A stretch of 64,000 nt of DNA, taken from positions 832,001 to 896,000 of the forward strand of contig CAVZJB010000016.1 of the NCBI GenBank assembly GCA_963775425.1. Direction: 5' to 3'. The notes under the pieces are model-generated. The model did no database searches, was not told the DNA's origin, and was given only the letters and a program-made list of their open reading frames with translations. Both the position numbers and the translations under genes were made by a program. The stretch is from an uncultured delta proteobacterium. Lineage in GTDB: Bacteria > Myxococcota > UBA727 > VGSZ01. Positions 51,809-63,388 of this stretch are shown here, in pieces (position 1 is the stretch's first letter; each line of letters starts with the position of its first letter).

Positions 51809-52360
51809 CTACACCTTCGGCGACGGCGCCTTCCTGGTGAACTTCTTTTCGTACGCGGCCAGGGAGCGCTCGACCACCTTCACGGCCTCGTCGAGCCCGA
51901 GCGGCGCGGCGACGCGCACGTCCTTCTCCTCGAGCGCCTTGTAGTCGCCGAAGAAGCGCATGACCTCGTTCATGCGGAAAGGCGCGAGGTCGTCGAGGGT
52001 GCGCACGCCGTCGAACATCGGGTCGCCGATCATCACGCCGATGATCTTGTCGTCGACGTCGCCCTGGTCGATCATCGGCATCACCCCGATGACGCGCGCG
52101 CTCAACAGCGCCCCCGGCTGCACGTCCTCCTGCGAGAGCACCAGGACGTCGAGGGCGTCGCCGTCGTCGTCGAGGGTCTGCGGGATGAAGCCGTAGTTGG
52201 CGGGGTAGTGGATGGCCCCGTAGAGCACGCGGCTCGCCCGCAGGAGGCCGGAGTCCTTGTCGATCTCGTACTTGACGCGGCCCCCGCGCGGGATCTCGAC
52301 GAAGACGTCCACGACGCGCGGGACGCCGCTTCCGGGGCTCAGATCGTGCCAGGCATGCAT
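51809..52360 (-). CDS. ppa: Inorganic pyrophosphatase (family I)
   Basis: VEIP, KYEIDK, YPANYGFIPQTL, DDGDALDVL, DDKI, FFGDYKALE. Confidence 0.96.
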   Translation of the reverse strand: MHAWHDLSPGSGVPRVVDVFVEIPRGGRVKYEIDKDSGLLRASRVLYGAIHYPANYGFIPQTLDDDGDALDVLVLSQEDVQPGALLSARVIGVMPMIDQGDVDDKIIGVMIGDPMFDGVRTLDDLAPFRMNEVMRFFGDYKALEEKDVRVAAPLGLDEAVKVVERSLAAYEKKFTRKAPSPKV

Positions 52361-52403
52361 GCGCGCGGTTGTAGACCGCCCGGGGTGCTCCCGTCGACGC
52401 CCC

Positions 52404-52427
52404 GTACGGCGGGGGCTCGTCCCCCGC
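52404..52427 (+). repeat. Single REP copy (GTAC variant)
   Basis: GTACGGCGGGGGCTCGTCCCCCGC; flanks resemble those of the 29444 copy. Confidence 0.8.
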
Positions 52428-52491
52428 GTCGTCATGATCCGGCGCGGTCGACGTTGCCGGTGCCCTCCCACGCGCCCCACAAGGGCGCGCC

Positions 52492-53946
52492 CTACGGCCG
52501 CTCCTGGAGCGGCCCGACGACGACGGCGGGCGCGACCAGCGTCGCGGCGGCGGCGGTGAGGCCCTGCTGCGACGCGCTTCCGACGGCGCCCCAGCGAAGC
52601 GCCGCCTCGTCGGACGCGGTGGCGAGGTCGAGGGGCACGGAGAAGACCATGGCCAGGTCGGCGGGGCCGGTGTTGGTGAGGCTCCCCGCGCCCGGCCCGG
52701 CGCCGAAGTAGGTGTCAAGGATCGCGTCGGTGTCGTCGCTGTCGAAGGCGTCGGCGCCCTCGACGAAGGCGGCGGCGCACCCGGGAGCGCCGCAGATGCG
52801 CATGGCGCCGGTGCCGGCGTCGCGAAACGACGTGTTGTTGTCGAAGGAGGGCACGTCGACGTCGAAGAGCAGGCGCACCTCGGCCGGCGCGGTCGTCGCC
52901 GCACCGGAGATGAAGCTCACGCCCACGAAGCCGGGAACGGCGTCGTCGAGGGCGACGAGCTCGCGGATGACGAGGCCGTCGGGCCCGGCCGCGCTCTGGC
53001 CGACGACGGTGAAGCCGCCGTCGACGAATTTCCGCCGCGCGCCGCTCACCGGCGACAGCAGCGCGGGCGGCGCAGGGGGAGAGCCGCCGCAGGAGCTCGG
53101 CGCGAACGCCTTGTCGGCACCGTCGACGAGCCCGATGGCGCGCTCGAAGAAGAGGTCGTCCTGCGAGGAGAACATCTCGTTGCCGTGGAGCGTGAGCGGC
53201 GCGTCGCCGGAGTTGCCGCCGTTGCGGCCGAAGCGCATGGGCGCGCCCGCGCCGGCGTACATGGAGAGCAGCCAGAAGTCGTTGCGCCACGTCGGCGGCG
53301 GCGCGGCCGTGCCGTCGTCGAAGTACACGGTGAGCGGGTGGGGGCCGCTGCCGGCGGGGAGCCGCGCGAAGAGCCAGACGCGCCCGGCGCCGCGGTCGGC
53401 GAACGCGGGGACCAGCGCGCCGTCCTCGGCGTGCACGCGCAGCGACGGCGGGTCCGCGACCGCGCCGCTGTGTCCGGCGGCCGCGAGCAGGCCGTCGAGA
53501 TCGAGCGGCACGATCGCCGTCGCCGGCCCTGCCTCGTCGATCGCGACGTCGACGGCGAAGGCGAGCCCGGGCTCGAGCCACGGGTCGCCCTCTCCTTCGC
53601 CCTCGCCCTCCCCTTCTCCTTCGCCTTCGCCTTCCCCTTCGCCCTCTCCTTCGCCCTCTCCTTCGCCCTCTCCTTCGCCTTCGCCTTCTCCCTCGCCCTC
53701 TCCTTCGCCTTCGCCTTCGCCTTCTCCCTCGCCTTCGCCTTCGCCCTCCCCTTCACCGGACTCGCCCTCCCCTTCACCCTCGCCCTCGCCCTCGTCGCCG
53801 GCGAGCGCCACGATGCACGCCCCCGCCGCGCACGTGTAGCCCGAGACGCAGGCGTGGGTGTCGTCGCAGCTCTTGCCGCCGAGCGCGACGTCGTCGACGC
53901 AGGAGGAGACGGCGCAGGCGGTGATGAGCAGGAGTGCGAAGCGCAC
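52492..53946 (-). CDS. Lipoprotein with Cys-rich N-domain, long poly-GE linker and beta-rich C-domain
   Basis: VRFALLLITACAVSSC lipobox, CDDTHACVSGYTCAAGAC, long (GE)n. Confidence 0.8.
   Translation of the reverse strand: MRFALLLITACAVSSCVDDVALGGKSCDDTHACVSGYTCAAGACIVALAGDEGEGEGEGEGESGEGEGEGEGEGEGEGEGEGEGEGEGEGEGEGEGEGEGEGEGEGEGEGEGEGEGEGEGDPWLEPGLAFAVDVAIDEAGPATAIVPLDLDGLLAAAGHSGAVADPPSLRVHAEDGALVPAFADRGAGRVWLFARLPAGSGPHPLTVYFDDGTAAPPPTWRNDFWLLSMYAGAGAPMRFGRNGGNSGDAPLTLHGNEMFSSQDDLFFERAIGLVDGADKAFAPSSCGGSPPAPPALLSPVSGARRKFVDGGFTVVGQSAAGPDGLVIRELVALDDAVPGFVGVSFISGAATTAPAEVRLLFDVDVPSFDNNTSFRDAGTGAMRICGAPGCAAAFVEGADAFDSDDTDAILDTYFGAGPGAGSLTNTGPADLAMVFSVPLDLATASDEAALRWGAVGSASQQGLTAAAATLVAPAVVVGPLQERP
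53586..53793 (-). repeat. In-frame 6-bp Gly-Glu repeat (longest in window)
   Basis: (CCTTCG/CCCTCT)n on + strand. Confidence 0.9.
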
Positions 53947-53968
53947 GGCCCCAGAGTAGCACCCCCCG

Positions 53969-54666
53969 TCAGCGCCGGATCGTTCCGGGTCGGGGGTGCG
54001 GCGGGCTCCGGGGAGGGGGCTCGTCGCCGCTTCCGGTGGCGGCGGCGCGCACGCCGCGGTCCGCGTCATGGGCGAGGGCGTGCAGGACGTCGGCCGCGCC
54101 GTGGACGCCGCGCAGGGCACGGGCGACGGCGGCGCGCACGGCGGGGGCGGCGTCGGCGCGCAGGCCGAGGGTGACGCCGAGATCGCCCGGCCCCCGGCGC
54201 GCGGCGAGCGCGTCGACGGCGCGCGCGAGGAGCGCCGCGCGCCGTTCGCCGCCGCCCGCCCTCTCCCGCGCGATGACCGCGAGCGCGACCTCGCGCACCC
54301 GCGGCGCGCCCGGCGCCGCGGCGGCGCGCCGCGCGAGGCAGTCGAGCGCCTGCAGCTCGGTGCTCTGCGCCCCCGCCGACGGCGCCGGCGCCTGCGCGAC
54401 CGCCGCCCCCTCTGCGGCGAGGAGCCCCGGATACGCGGGCGTGTCGACATGGCGGCACATCGCGTCCGCGACGAACGCGCCGACGGAGCGCTCCACGCCC
54501 GCGTCGATCTCGAACACGAGCACGAGCGCGTCGTCGGCGAGGAGGGCGCGAAGCTGGACGCGAGCACGGCGAGCGCCTTGTCGTCGACGCGATCGGCCGG
54601 GTCGTTCACCGGGGGCGGCGCCGCAGCGAGGACCAACGCGAGGGCGAGCGCCGCCGGGCACCTCAC
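53969..54666 (-). pseudogene. Exported HEAT-repeat-like protein split by a frameshift near 54560-54570
   Basis: Signal peptide MRCPAALALALVLAA..DKALAVL in one frame; body RVQLRALLADD..DAAPAVRAAVARAL..DADRGVRAAA in another. Confidence 0.55.
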
Positions 54667-56184
54667 ACGATGCGGAAGTAGTCCTTCAGCGTGCAGCGGC
54701 GCTCACGGGAAAACGAGAATCGCCGTCGTGAGGCCCTCACCCGTGGGCGAAGCGATGGTGAAGCTGGTGTAGCCCTCGCCGCCGAGGCCGAGGCCCGCGA
54801 ACGTGGGCGCGTTCTTCACGTAGATGGAGCAGTCGATGGCGCGGGCCATCTTGTGCAGCGTCTCGATGTTGGTGGAGTAGCACGTGGCCGTGTGCCCGAA
54901 GCCGTGCTCGCAGCGCACCGCGGCGGCGATGGCCTCGTCGACGTCCTTGACGCGCACCATGGGGAGCACCGGCATCAACAGCTCGGTCTGCACGAAGGGG
55001 TGGTCCTCGCCGTCCACCTCGCACAGCAGGACGCGCGTGGACTCGGGGACGGTCTTGCCGATGGCGCGGGCGATCTTGGCCGCGTCCTTGCCGACCCAGT
55101 CCTTGTGGGGGTGGGCGCCGTCGTCGGCGAGGACGAGCTTCTCGAGCTTGCTGATGTCCGCCCGCGACATCTCGGCGCCGCCGGCAGCGAGGATCTCGCG
55201 CTTGAGCATGTCCGCGATCTCACGGACCGCGAACACCTCCTTCTCCGCGATGCACACGATGTTGTTGTCGAGCGACGCGCCCGCGACGATGCCCTTGCCC
55301 GCGCGGCGCATGTCGGCGGTCTCGTCGACGACCACGGGCGGGTTGCCGGGGCCGCCGCAGATGGCGCGCTTGCCCGAGGTCATCGCCGCCTTGACCACGC
55401 CCGGCCCGCCGGTGACGACGACGAGGCGGATGCCCGGGTGGCGCATGAGCGCGTTGGCGCTCTCGATGGTGGGCTCGCCGATCATGGCGATGAGCGAGTC
55501 CGGCCCGCCGGCGGCGACGATGGCGTCGTTGAGTTGCTCGACCAGGAAGCGGCAGACCTTCTTGGCGCCCGGGTGGACGTTGAACACCACCGAGTTGCCC
55601 GCGGCGATCATGCCGATGGAGTTGCAGATGATGGTCTCGGTGGGGTTGGTGGTGGGCGTGATGGCGCCGATGACGCCGTAAGGGGCCCGCTCCATCAACA
55701 CGAGGCCGTCGTCGCCGGACTGCGCCCACGGCCGGAGGATCTCCGTGCCGGGCGTCTTGTCGGTGACGAGCTTGTTCTTGTTGATCTTGTCGTCGAACCT
55801 GCCGAGGCCCGTCTCGTCGACGGCCATCTGCGAGATCTGCTGCACGATCTGGTGGCAACGCGCGCGGATGGCGGCGATGACCCGGTCGCGGTCCGCCAGG
55901 TGCATCTCGTGGACGAGGATCTCGTGGGCGCCGCGGGCGGCCTTCACGGCGCTGTCGATGTCGTCGAACACGCCGCGCCTGGCGGAGCCGTGCACCGCGA
56001 ACGACCGGCGCCCGCCCCCGCCGCCGATGGACGCGCGCCACGCGGGCTCGGGGGGCGTGGGGGCGCACACCTCGCCGCGGGCGGGCGTGGGCACGGGAGG
56101 CGCGCGACGCTCGAGCGCGGGGGCGAGCCGCTCGACCACGCGGGCGACGATCTCTTCCACCTTGCGGTCGTCGAAGCTCGCCAT
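54663..56184 (-). CDS. eutE: Acylating aldehyde dehydrogenase (EutE/PduP type) with N-terminal encapsulation peptide; frameshift near 54719
   Basis: PYGVIGAITPTTNP, VTGGPGVV, GPGNPP, LDNNIVCIAEKE, ELLMP, TIASPTGEG; expected tail SFSRERRCTLKDYFRIV lies in a shifted frame ending 54663. Confidence 0.93.
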
Positions 56185-56187
56185 GGG

Positions 56188-56490
56188 TCAGCTCGCCGCT
56201 TCCGACTTCCGGTAGCGGGACTTCCCCTGCACCGTGATCTCGTCGACGATGGCCATGATGACGTGGTCGACGGGCTTGTTGCGCGTGACCTCGGTCTGCC
56301 GCGCGGACGAGCCCGCCGCGTAGAGCACGAGCTCGCCCACACCCGCGCCGACGGCGTCGGCGGCGACCACGACGGAGCTGGTGAGCTTGCCGTCGAGGTC
56401 CACGCCCCGCACGACGAGGAGCTTGATGCCCTCGATCTCCGGCTCTTTGCGCGTGGACACCACGGTGCCGACAATCTGCCCCATCAACAT
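56188..56490 (-). CDS. eutN: BMC vertex pentamer (EutN/CcmL family, BMC-P)
   Basis: [43 protein letters not shown]. Confidence 0.95.
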   Translation of the reverse strand: MLMGQIVGTVVSTRKEPEIEGIKLLVVRGVDLDGKLTSSVVVAADAVGAGVGELVLYAAGSSARQTEVTRNKPVDHVIMAIVDEITVQGKSRYRKSEAAS

Positions 56491-56506
56491 GGCTCAACTC
56501 CGAAAG

Positions 56507-56625
56507 GCGGGGACGAGCCCCCGCACGAAGCGGGGGACGAGCCCCCGCACGAAGCGGGCGACGAGCCCCCGCACGAAGCAGGGGACGAGCCCCCGTTCGA
56601 AGCGGGGGACGAGCCCCCGCCCTAC
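56507..56625 (-). repeat. Tandem array of five REP palindromes, about 24-bp period
   Basis: GCGGGGGACGAGCCCCCGCACGAA-type units ending in CCCTAC (GTAG on minus strand); same core as the 17836 array. Confidence 0.9.
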
Positions 56626-56924
56626 TTCTTGGTGGCTCCGAGGGGAAGGACGTCGTCGATGTTGGCGTGCGGCCGCGGGATGACGTGCACGCTCACGAGC
56701 TCGCCGACGCGCTCGGCCGCGCGGGCGCCGGCCTCGGTGGCGGCCTTCACGGCCGCGACGTCGCCGCGGACGATGGCGGTGACGAACCCCCCGCCGTAGC
56801 CCTTCTCGTAGCCCACGAGGCTCACCTTGGCGGCCTTCACCATGGCGTCGCTGGCCTCGACCATGCCGACGAAGCCCTTGGTCTCGATGAGACCCAACGC
56901 CTGCCCAACCACGCTGTCTGCCAT
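56622..56924 (-). CDS. eutM: BMC hexamer shell protein (EutM/PduA type, BMC-H)
   Basis: [43 protein letters not shown]; GGAGG RBS. Confidence 0.96.
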   Translation of the reverse strand: MADSVVGQALGLIETKGFVGMVEASDAMVKAAKVSLVGYEKGYGGGFVTAIVRGDVAAVKAATEAGARAAERVGELVSVHVIPRPHANIDDVLPLGATKK

Positions 56925-56938
56925 CTCTGTCCTCCGAG

Positions 56939-57574
56939 CTATTTGTCCTTGGACGTCGCCGGAGCGACGCCGGTGATGCCTTCGAGCGCGGCCGTCGCCG
57001 CGGCCGCCGCGCTGTCGATCTCGCTCTCGCTGCCCGCCATGTACAAGCGCCCGAAGGCGCCGAACGGCAGGAAGTCCACGAGGCGCACGTTGGCCGCTTT
57101 CTCGGCCTCGTTGGCGGCCAACGCGATGTACGCCGCGGGCTCGCACTCCATGATGAGCAGCGACAGGCCCGGCTCGATCATCGCGCCGAAGCGGATCTTG
57201 TCGATGATCATCGCGTGCATCGGCTCGATGGCGCGGATGATGGTGTTGGACACCACGCGCGGCTTGATGCGGTCGTCGACCTTGTTGCCGAGCTGCTTGA
57301 GGATGGCGTCGCCCGCGGAGAGCACCTCGCCCTTGTCCTCGTGGTGCACCTCGAGCATACCGTAGGCGCGCTCGACGACGAGCGTGGCCGGCTGCGCGCG
57401 CGTGTTCTTGAGCGCGGAGTCGAGCAGGCGGTGGATGGCCATGCCCGGCGCGATCTCGACGAAGAGGGACGCGACGCCCGGCACCGGGAAGTAGCCGCGG
57501 CACGTCGTGCAGATGTGCGCCGCTACCTGCGGCTGCAGCGAGTCGAGGAAGGTGTAGCTGCGCAGAGTCGCCAT
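56939..57574 (-). CDS. Permuted tandem BMC shell protein (CcmP-like BMC-T)
   Basis: [54 protein letters not shown]. Confidence 0.93.
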   Translation of the reverse strand: MATLRSYTFLDSLQPQVAAHICTTCRGYFPVPGVASLFVEIAPGMAIHRLLDSALKNTRAQPATLVVERAYGMLEVHHEDKGEVLSAGDAILKQLGNKVDDRIKPRVVSNTIIRAIEPMHAMIIDKIRFGAMIEPGLSLLIMECEPAAYIALAANEAEKAANVRLVDFLPFGAFGRLYMAGSESEIDSAAAAATAALEGITGVAPATSKDK

Positions 57575-57683
57575 GATGGCGCGCGGAGTAGCACTGCGGA
57601 GCGGTCGGTCGCAAGCGGTACGAGCCACTTCGGACGCCGCCGAGGCGGAGACGTCCGGCGGTGCGGCGCAGTAGCCTCGTGGC

Positions 57684-60077
57684 ATGTCGTCGCTGGTGGC
57701 CAAGGGACGCCGGATCGCCGGCCGGTACCGCCCCGTCCGCCGCCTCGGCGCGGGCGGCATGGGCGAGGTCTGGCAGGTCCACGACGAGTCCCTCGACGAG
57801 GACGTCGCGCTCAAGCTCATCACCCACCAGGCGGCCGCCAACGCCGGGGCGCGCTTTCGCCGCGAGGTGAAGCTGGCCCGGCGCGTGGTGCACCCGCGGT
57901 GCGCGCGCGTGTTCGACCTCGGCGAGGACGGCGGCGAGCTGTTTTTGACCATGGAGCTCGTGACGGGGACGTCCCTGTCGAAGCTCCTGCGCGGCTCGCC
58001 GCCGCCGGGCGCCCTGCTCGCCGTCCTCGCCGACGTGTGCGGCGCCCTGGCCGCCATCCACGAGGCCGGCATCGTCCACAGAGACCTCAAGCCCGGCAAC
58101 ATCCTCGTCGACCGCCGCGGCCACGGCGTGGTCATCGACTTCGGCCTCGCGCGCGATCTCGGGGAGCACGGCCCCGCCCTGACCCACGGCTTCATCGGCA
58201 CCCTCGACTACATGGCGCCCGAGCAGGTGGCGGGCGACCCCGTCACCTCCGCCACCGACGTCTACGCGCTCGGCACCGTGATCTTCGAGTGCATCGCGCA
58301 GCGCGTGCCGTTCACCGGCGAGGAGGCCCAGCGCCTGATGGCACGGGTGGAGCGCGACGCGCCCCGGCTCGGCGACGTCGCGCCCGCCGTGCTGCCGCCC
58401 GGCCTCACCGCCGTCGTCGACGCGTGCCTGGCGCGCGATCCGTCGGCGCGGCCCGGCGTGGCCGAGGTGCACCGGGCGCTCGAAGACGCCGAGCGGCTCC
58501 TGCGGGCCAGCAGCGACGGCGTCGGGGACGCGCCCATGGCGTCCCTCGCCGGCGACGAGGTCACGCAGGTCGACGGCGTCGCCGTCGGCTTCCAGCGCAT
58601 CGTGGTGCGGCCCTTCGCCGGGGGAGACATCGGCCCCCTGCTCGCCGAGGAGCTCGCCGACGCCCTCGCCCGCGGCGCGGGCATCGAGGTCGTCCCGCCG
58701 CACGCCGTGGGCCTCGAGCCGCACACGGACCCGGACGTCCACGCCCCCACCGCCGAGGAGCTGCCGCGCCCGCGCGCCCCCCGTGCCGCGCGCATCAAGC
58801 GCACCGAGCCCATCGAGGAGGAGGAGCGGGCGACGGCGGCCGCGTTCCACGCGCGCTGGGTGGTGAGCGGCACCGTCGAGGTCGTCGATGAGGGCCTGCG
58901 CGTCGACGCGCGCCTCGTCGACGACCGCGGCGAGGTGCTGTGGACGGACACATTCGTCGCCCGCACCGCGGAGCTCCTCGGCGCCGACGGCCTGCTCGCG
59001 CAGCGCATCGCCGAGGCGCTCCGCGTGGAGCTCGGCGCAGTGTCGGACCACGACGTCCCCGACGAGGCGGCGCTCCTGTATCTGCGCGCGCGACACGCGC
59101 TGCGCCGCTCGGCGGTGGTCGAGGTCGACGCCGTGCTCGGACAGCTCGATCGCTGCCTCGCGCTCGCGCCCGAGTACGCCCCCGCGCTCGCCGCGCGCGC
59201 CATCGCGTGCGCCCGAGCGCGCTTCGTCCCCACGTTCCACGGCAGCGCCATCGAGGCCGGCGACGCGGCGCAGGCCGTGGAGCGCGCGCTGCTGCTCGCG
59301 CCCGACGCCCCCGACACGCACTACGCGGCGGCGCTCCTCGCGGGGCAGGAGGGGAACACCGCCGCGTGCGTCGATCGGCTGCGCGACACGCTCTCGCTCG
59401 CCCCCGCCCACCCGCTCGCGCTGCAGTTCCTCGGGCGCATCGCCTGCGAGGTGGGCCGCGTCCGCGAAGGCGTAGCGAACATCCGGCGGGCCGTGCGCAT
59501 CGATCCCGGGTGCGGCGGCGCGCTGTCCTCGGCCGCGCGCGCGTACGCCCTGCGTGGGCACATCGACGTCGCCCGCGACCTCCTTCGCCGCGCGCGCACG
59601 CTCGCTGACGGCCCCGACTGCTGGGCCGTGGGCATCCGCATCGCCGAGTACTGCGGCGATACGGCCGGCCTCGACGATGTCCAAAAGGCCATCGGTGAGC
59701 CCAACGACGCCCTCGGCGTCTTTCTCGCCACGCACGCGCGCCTCGTCGCCACCGGCGAAGGCCTCGACGAGATCCGCCAGCTCCTCGCGCTCGCAGCACA
59801 GCTCCCGCTGTCGCCGCGGACGGGCTCGTATGTCTGCCAGCTCGGCGTCGAGGTCTTCGCGCGCCGCTCCCCCGAGGAGGCGCTGGCCCACCTCGAGCGC
59901 GGCGCCGGCATCGCCGTGATGGACGTCGACTGGCTCCGTCGTTGCCCGCTGCTCGACGGCCTCCGCACCGAGCGGCGCTTCACCGCCGCCGCCGCGTGCA
60001 TCGAGGAGCGGGCCCGGGCGGCGTGGCCGAGCGAGAAGCCGCGCCTCGAGCTGTCCTCCGACGCCCCGCTGAGCTGA
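57684..60077 (+). CDS. Hanks-type Ser/Thr protein kinase with TolB-like/TPR C-terminal region
   Basis: [42 protein letters not shown]; helical repeats. Confidence 0.93.
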   Translation: MSSLVAKGRRIAGRYRPVRRLGAGGMGEVWQVHDESLDEDVALKLITHQAAANAGARFRREVKLARRVVHPRCARVFDLGEDGGELFLTMELVTGTSLSKLLRGSPPPGALLAVLADVCGALAAIHEAGIVHRDLKPGNILVDRRGHGVVIDFGLARDLGEHGPALTHGFIGTLDYMAPEQVAGDPVTSATDVYALGTVIFECIAQRVPFTGEEAQRLMARVERDAPRLGDVAPAVLPPGLTAVVDACLARDPSARPGVAEVHRALEDAERLLRASSDGVGDAPMASLAGDEVTQVDGVAVGFQRIVVRPFAGGDIGPLLAEELADALARGAGIEVVPPHAVGLEPHTDPDVHAPTAEELPRPRAPRAARIKRTEPIEEEERATAAAFHARWVVSGTVEVVDEGLRVDARLVDDRGEVLWTDTFVARTAELLGADGLLAQRIAEALRVELGAVSDHDVPDEAALLYLRARHALRRSAVVEVDAVLGQLDRCLALAPEYAPALAARAIACARARFVPTFHGSAIEAGDAAQAVERALLLAPDAPDTHYAAALLAGQEGNTAACVDRLRDTLSLAPAHPLALQFLGRIACEVGRVREGVANIRRAVRIDPGCGGALSSAARAYALRGHIDVARDLLRRARTLADGPDCWAVGIRIAEYCGDTAGLDDVQKAIGEPNDALGVFLATHARLVATGEGLDEIRQLLALAAQLPLSPRTGSYVCQLGVEVFARRSPEEALAHLERGAGIAVMDVDWLRRCPLLDGLRTERRFTAAAACIEERARAAWPSEKPRLELSSDAPLS

Positions 60078-60125
60078 GGCGCCGCACCCTTGTGGCGCTC
60101 GCGCGCGCCACGGTACACGGCGGGC

Positions 60126-60896
60126 ATGGCAAACGCGCTCTCCGGCCGCACCGCGGTCGTCACCGGGTCGTCCACGGGCATCGGCTTCGCCGTCGCCAAG
60201 GCGCTCGCCGCCGCCGGCGCGGACGTCGTCGTCAACGGGCGCGACGAGAGCTGGCTCGGCGCCGCCGTCAAGCTCCTCAAGCACGAGGTCCCGGGCGCCA
60301 CGGCGCGCAGCGTGGTGGCCGACCTCGGCACCGCCGAGGGCGTCCTGCTGTTGGTGGAGTCGGAGCCGCGCGCCGACATCCTCGTGAACAACCTCGGCGT
60401 GTTTTCGCCGGCGGGCTTCTTCGACATCGATGACGACGCGTGGGATCGCTACTGGCGCGTCAACGTCATGAGCGCCGTGCGGCTGTCGCGCCACTACACG
60501 CGCGGCATGGTCGAGCGCGGCTTCGGGCGCGTGCTGTTCAACGCCAGCGTCACCGGCGGCTTCCGCCCCGGCGAGATGGTGCACTACGGCACCACCAAGG
60601 CGGCGCTGCTCGGCTTGTCGCGCGGCCTCGCCGAGACGGTCGCCGGCAGCGGCGTGACCGTGAACGCGTTCATCCCCGGGCCCACGCGCACCGAGCGCGT
60701 CGGCACCGCGCTCGACGCCGACGCCGACGCCGCCGCGGACGCCCAGGCGCTGGTCGAGCGCGAGTCGTTGTTGAAGCGCTTCAACACGCCCGACGAGGTG
60801 GCGGCGCTCGTGGCGTTCCTGGCCTCGGAGGCGGCGTCGGGGATCACCGGATCGGCGCTGCGCGTCGACGGCGGGTTCGTGCGCTCGCTGCTGTGA
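60126..60896 (+). CDS. Short-chain dehydrogenase/reductase
   Basis: [30 protein letters not shown]. Confidence 0.94.
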   Translation: MANALSGRTAVVTGSSTGIGFAVAKALAAAGADVVVNGRDESWLGAAVKLLKHEVPGATARSVVADLGTAEGVLLLVESEPRADILVNNLGVFSPAGFFDIDDDAWDRYWRVNVMSAVRLSRHYTRGMVERGFGRVLFNASVTGGFRPGEMVHYGTTKAALLGLSRGLAETVAGSGVTVNAFIPGPTRTERVGTALDADADAAADAQALVERESLLKRFNTPDEVAALVAFLASEAASGITGSALRVDGGFVRSLL

Positions 60897-60944
60897 ACGG
60901 GCGGAGGTTCGCTCCGCTGGCGAGGGCGGTGTAGGCTGACACCC

Positions 60945-61604
60945 GTGCCTCTCCTCCTGTGCCTCGCGTTGCTGGCACCCGCCGGGGGGAAAATGTACCT
61001 GTCCATCGGCAAGGACGGCACGCCGGTGGTCACCGACTACCCGCACAAGCACGCCGTCCGCTACGCGCCGGGCGACTTCGAAAAGATCGCGATGCACGAA
61101 CGGGGCATCCCCCACCGCGGCCTCGCGTTCGACGACGACGGCTTCGGCGGGCCTCCCGTGGTCATCACCCTGCGCGGCGCCCCTGCGCGCAGCACCAGCT
61201 TGGCGCCGCCGGCGATCGAGAGGCTCATCGCCAGGGCGAGCGCGAAGTACGGCGTGCCGCAGGCCCTCGTGCGCGCGGTCGTCGCCGTGGAGTCCGCGTT
61301 CAAGCCGGACGCGGTGTCGCACGCCGGCGCCCTCGGCCTCATGCAGCTCATGCCCGACACCGCGGCCGATCTCGGGGTGAAGGACCCGTTCGACCCCGAG
61401 CAGAACGTCATGGGTGGCACCCGCTACCTCGCGTTCCTCCTCAAGCACTTCGGCGACGAGGAGCTCGCCGTGGCCGCGTACAACGCCGGCCCCGCCCGGG
61501 TGGCGCGGGAGGGCGCGGTGCCGGACATTCCGGAGACCCGCGCCTACGTCCAATCCGTCCTTGGACTTCGCAGGGCGTATGGGGGCATTCTCTCCACGCG
61601 CTAG
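60945..61604 (+). CDS. Soluble lytic transglycosylase (SLT domain)
   Basis: [30 protein letters not shown]. Confidence 0.93.
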   Translation: MPLLLCLALLAPAGGKMYLSIGKDGTPVVTDYPHKHAVRYAPGDFEKIAMHERGIPHRGLAFDDDGFGGPPVVITLRGAPARSTSLAPPAIERLIARASAKYGVPQALVRAVVAVESAFKPDAVSHAGALGLMQLMPDTAADLGVKDPFDPEQNVMGGTRYLAFLLKHFGDEELAVAAYNAGPARVAREGAVPDIPETRAYVQSVLGLRRAYGGILSTR

Positions 61605-61622
61605 CCGACCGGAGGACTGGGG

Positions 61623-63308
61623 ATGGCCGACACGGACAAGCCCGCACGCGACGAGGAGTTCTACTACCTCCTCACGGAGGGCTCGGAGCTGTTGCAGGCC
61701 GGGAAGGTCGACGACGCGCGCAAGCACTTCGAGCGCGCGCTGTCGATGAACCCGACCCACGAGCAGGCGCTCAACCTGCTCGGGCTCTCCTTGTTCCGCC
61801 TGAACCAGCTCGACCGCGCCCGCCAGATCTTCGCCGACCTCGTCCACAACAACCCCGTGGAGCCGTCGCTGCGGCTGAACCTGGCCATGGTCCACCTGAA
61901 GACCGGCCACCTCGACGACGCCAAGCTCGAGCTCGAGCGCGTCCTCGAGCTGTCGCCGGAGCACCCGCGCGCCACCAGCTATATGGGCCTCGTGCTCGAA
62001 CGCCAGGGCGACCTCGACCGCGCCGCGGAGTTCTACGAGCGCGCCGGCAACAAGAAGCGCGCGGACGAGATCCGCGCGTACCGCCCCACGGCCACGGGCA
62101 CGTTCCCGCTGCCGAACCTCCAGGCGATGATCGCCGCGGCCAAGTCCGAGCCGCCGAAGGAGGAGGCTTCTGCGAAGCCGAAGCCGGTCTCGTCCATCAC
62201 GCCGCTCAACGCGGTGACGGGACAGGCCGCGTCCACGCCGCCCACGTCGGGGGCGGCCACGTCGGGGGCGGCCACGTCGGGGGCGGCCACGTCGGGGGCG
62301 GCCACGTCGGGGGCGCCCACGTCGGGGGCGCAGGCGGCGGCGCTCACGGCGGCCACCGCGGCGCACCTGAACCGCGACGAGCCGCCGCCCGCGGCGGACG
62401 CGGTGCAGAGCGTACGCGGCGCGTCGCTCGGCTTCACGCTCGAGGTCGACGAGCGCAACAAGAAGGCGCCGTCCCCTTCCGCGTCCCCTTCCCCGTCGCT
62501 CGTCCCCACGCAGACGCCGTCGGCGGCCACGCCCGCGGCGCCGGCCGCGCCGTCGCCGACCGCGCCCTCGTCGACCGCGCCGTCGCCGACCGCGCCGTCG
62601 TCCACCGCGCCGTCGTCCACCGCGCCGTCGTCCACCGCGCCGTCGTCCACCGCGCCGTCGTCCACCGCGACCCCGCGTGGCGCGCGCCTCGCCGCGAGCA
62701 CGCTGCCCGAGATCATCGCCTCCGCCGTCACCGCGGAGGAGCCCACGCTCCGCGACGACGGCATCCTCGCGTTCCCGGTCCCCGACGTCGGCTACGTGCG
62801 CACCGACCTCCTGGTGGCGCTCGCGGGCCAGTTCGAGATCGAGCCGGTGAACCGCCGCTACCGGGGTAAGCGCACCGACAGCCTCTTCGGCGGCCCCGAG
62901 GCGGCCATCGTCGCCCTGCTCGGGCGGGGGCTCGCGCTGTTGTACCCGGACAAGCTCCACCCGCGCCTCGTGACGCTCAAGAGCGAGGAGCTCTACCTCG
63001 TCGAGGCCGCGCTGCTCGCGTTCACGCAGGGGCTCGTGTGGGAGAACGGCCGCCTCCCGTCGGAGAGCGACCGCGACCTCGACATCGTGCACCTGCGCGG
63101 CAGCGGCCGCCTGGTCCTCGGCACGCGGAGCCCGCTCATCTCGCTCCCGGTGCGCCAGGAGCACCCCGTCACCGTGCACGCCTCGCGGCTCGTCGGCTGG
63201 AACGGCCAGCTCGTGCCCTATCGCGCCCCGCTGCCCGGCCTCCCCGACGCCGCGCGCCGGATCCCCGTGGTGCGGTTCGAGGGGAACGGCGTCGTCCTCG
63301 CCATCTAG
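61623..63308 (+). CDS. TPR protein with low-complexity linker and AIM24-like C-terminal domain
   Basis: N-terminal TPRs; [38 protein letters not shown]; GGAGG RBS. Confidence 0.8.
   Translation: MADTDKPARDEEFYYLLTEGSELLQAGKVDDARKHFERALSMNPTHEQALNLLGLSLFRLNQLDRARQIFADLVHNNPVEPSLRLNLAMVHLKTGHLDDAKLELERVLELSPEHPRATSYMGLVLERQGDLDRAAEFYERAGNKKRADEIRAYRPTATGTFPLPNLQAMIAAAKSEPPKEEASAKPKPVSSITPLNAVTGQAASTPPTSGAATSGAATSGAATSGAATSGAPTSGAQAAALTAATAAHLNRDEPPPAADAVQSVRGASLGFTLEVDERNKKAPSPSASPSPSLVPTQTPSAATPAAPAAPSPTAPSSTAPSPTAPSSTAPSSTAPSSTAPSSTAPSSTATPRGARLAASTLPEIIASAVTAEEPTLRDDGILAFPVPDVGYVRTDLLVALAGQFEIEPVNRRYRGKRTDSLFGGPEAAIVALLGRGLALLYPDKLHPRLVTLKSEELYLVEAALLAFTQGLVWENGRLPSESDRDLDIVHLRGSGRLVLGTRSPLISLPVRQEHPVTVHASRLVGWNGQLVPYRAPLPGLPDAARRIPVVRFEGNGVVLAI
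62244..62333 (+). repeat. In-frame 15-bp tandem repeat, 6 copies (TSGAA)
   Basis: ACGTCGGGGGCGGCC repeated. Confidence 0.92.
62547..62666 (+). repeat. In-frame 15-bp tandem repeat, 8 copies ([10 protein letters not shown])
   Basis: GCGCCGTCGTCCACC repeated. Confidence 0.92.
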
Positions 63309-63388
63309 CGCCGCCGTCGTGGCGTTTTCGTGACGCGGCGGCGCGTCCGACGCTGGCGTCACGGCTGCGTTTCGCGCTACTAAGCGGC

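Noticed and set aside
52492-54666. 724-aa ORF as one fusion protein
   Set aside because: It joins the 5' end of the frameshifted HEAT-like gene, through out-of-frame sequence, to a lipoprotein with its own start at 53946
56507-56625. Repeat array as CRISPR
   Set aside because: About 24-bp period with no spacers; same REP core as elsewhere
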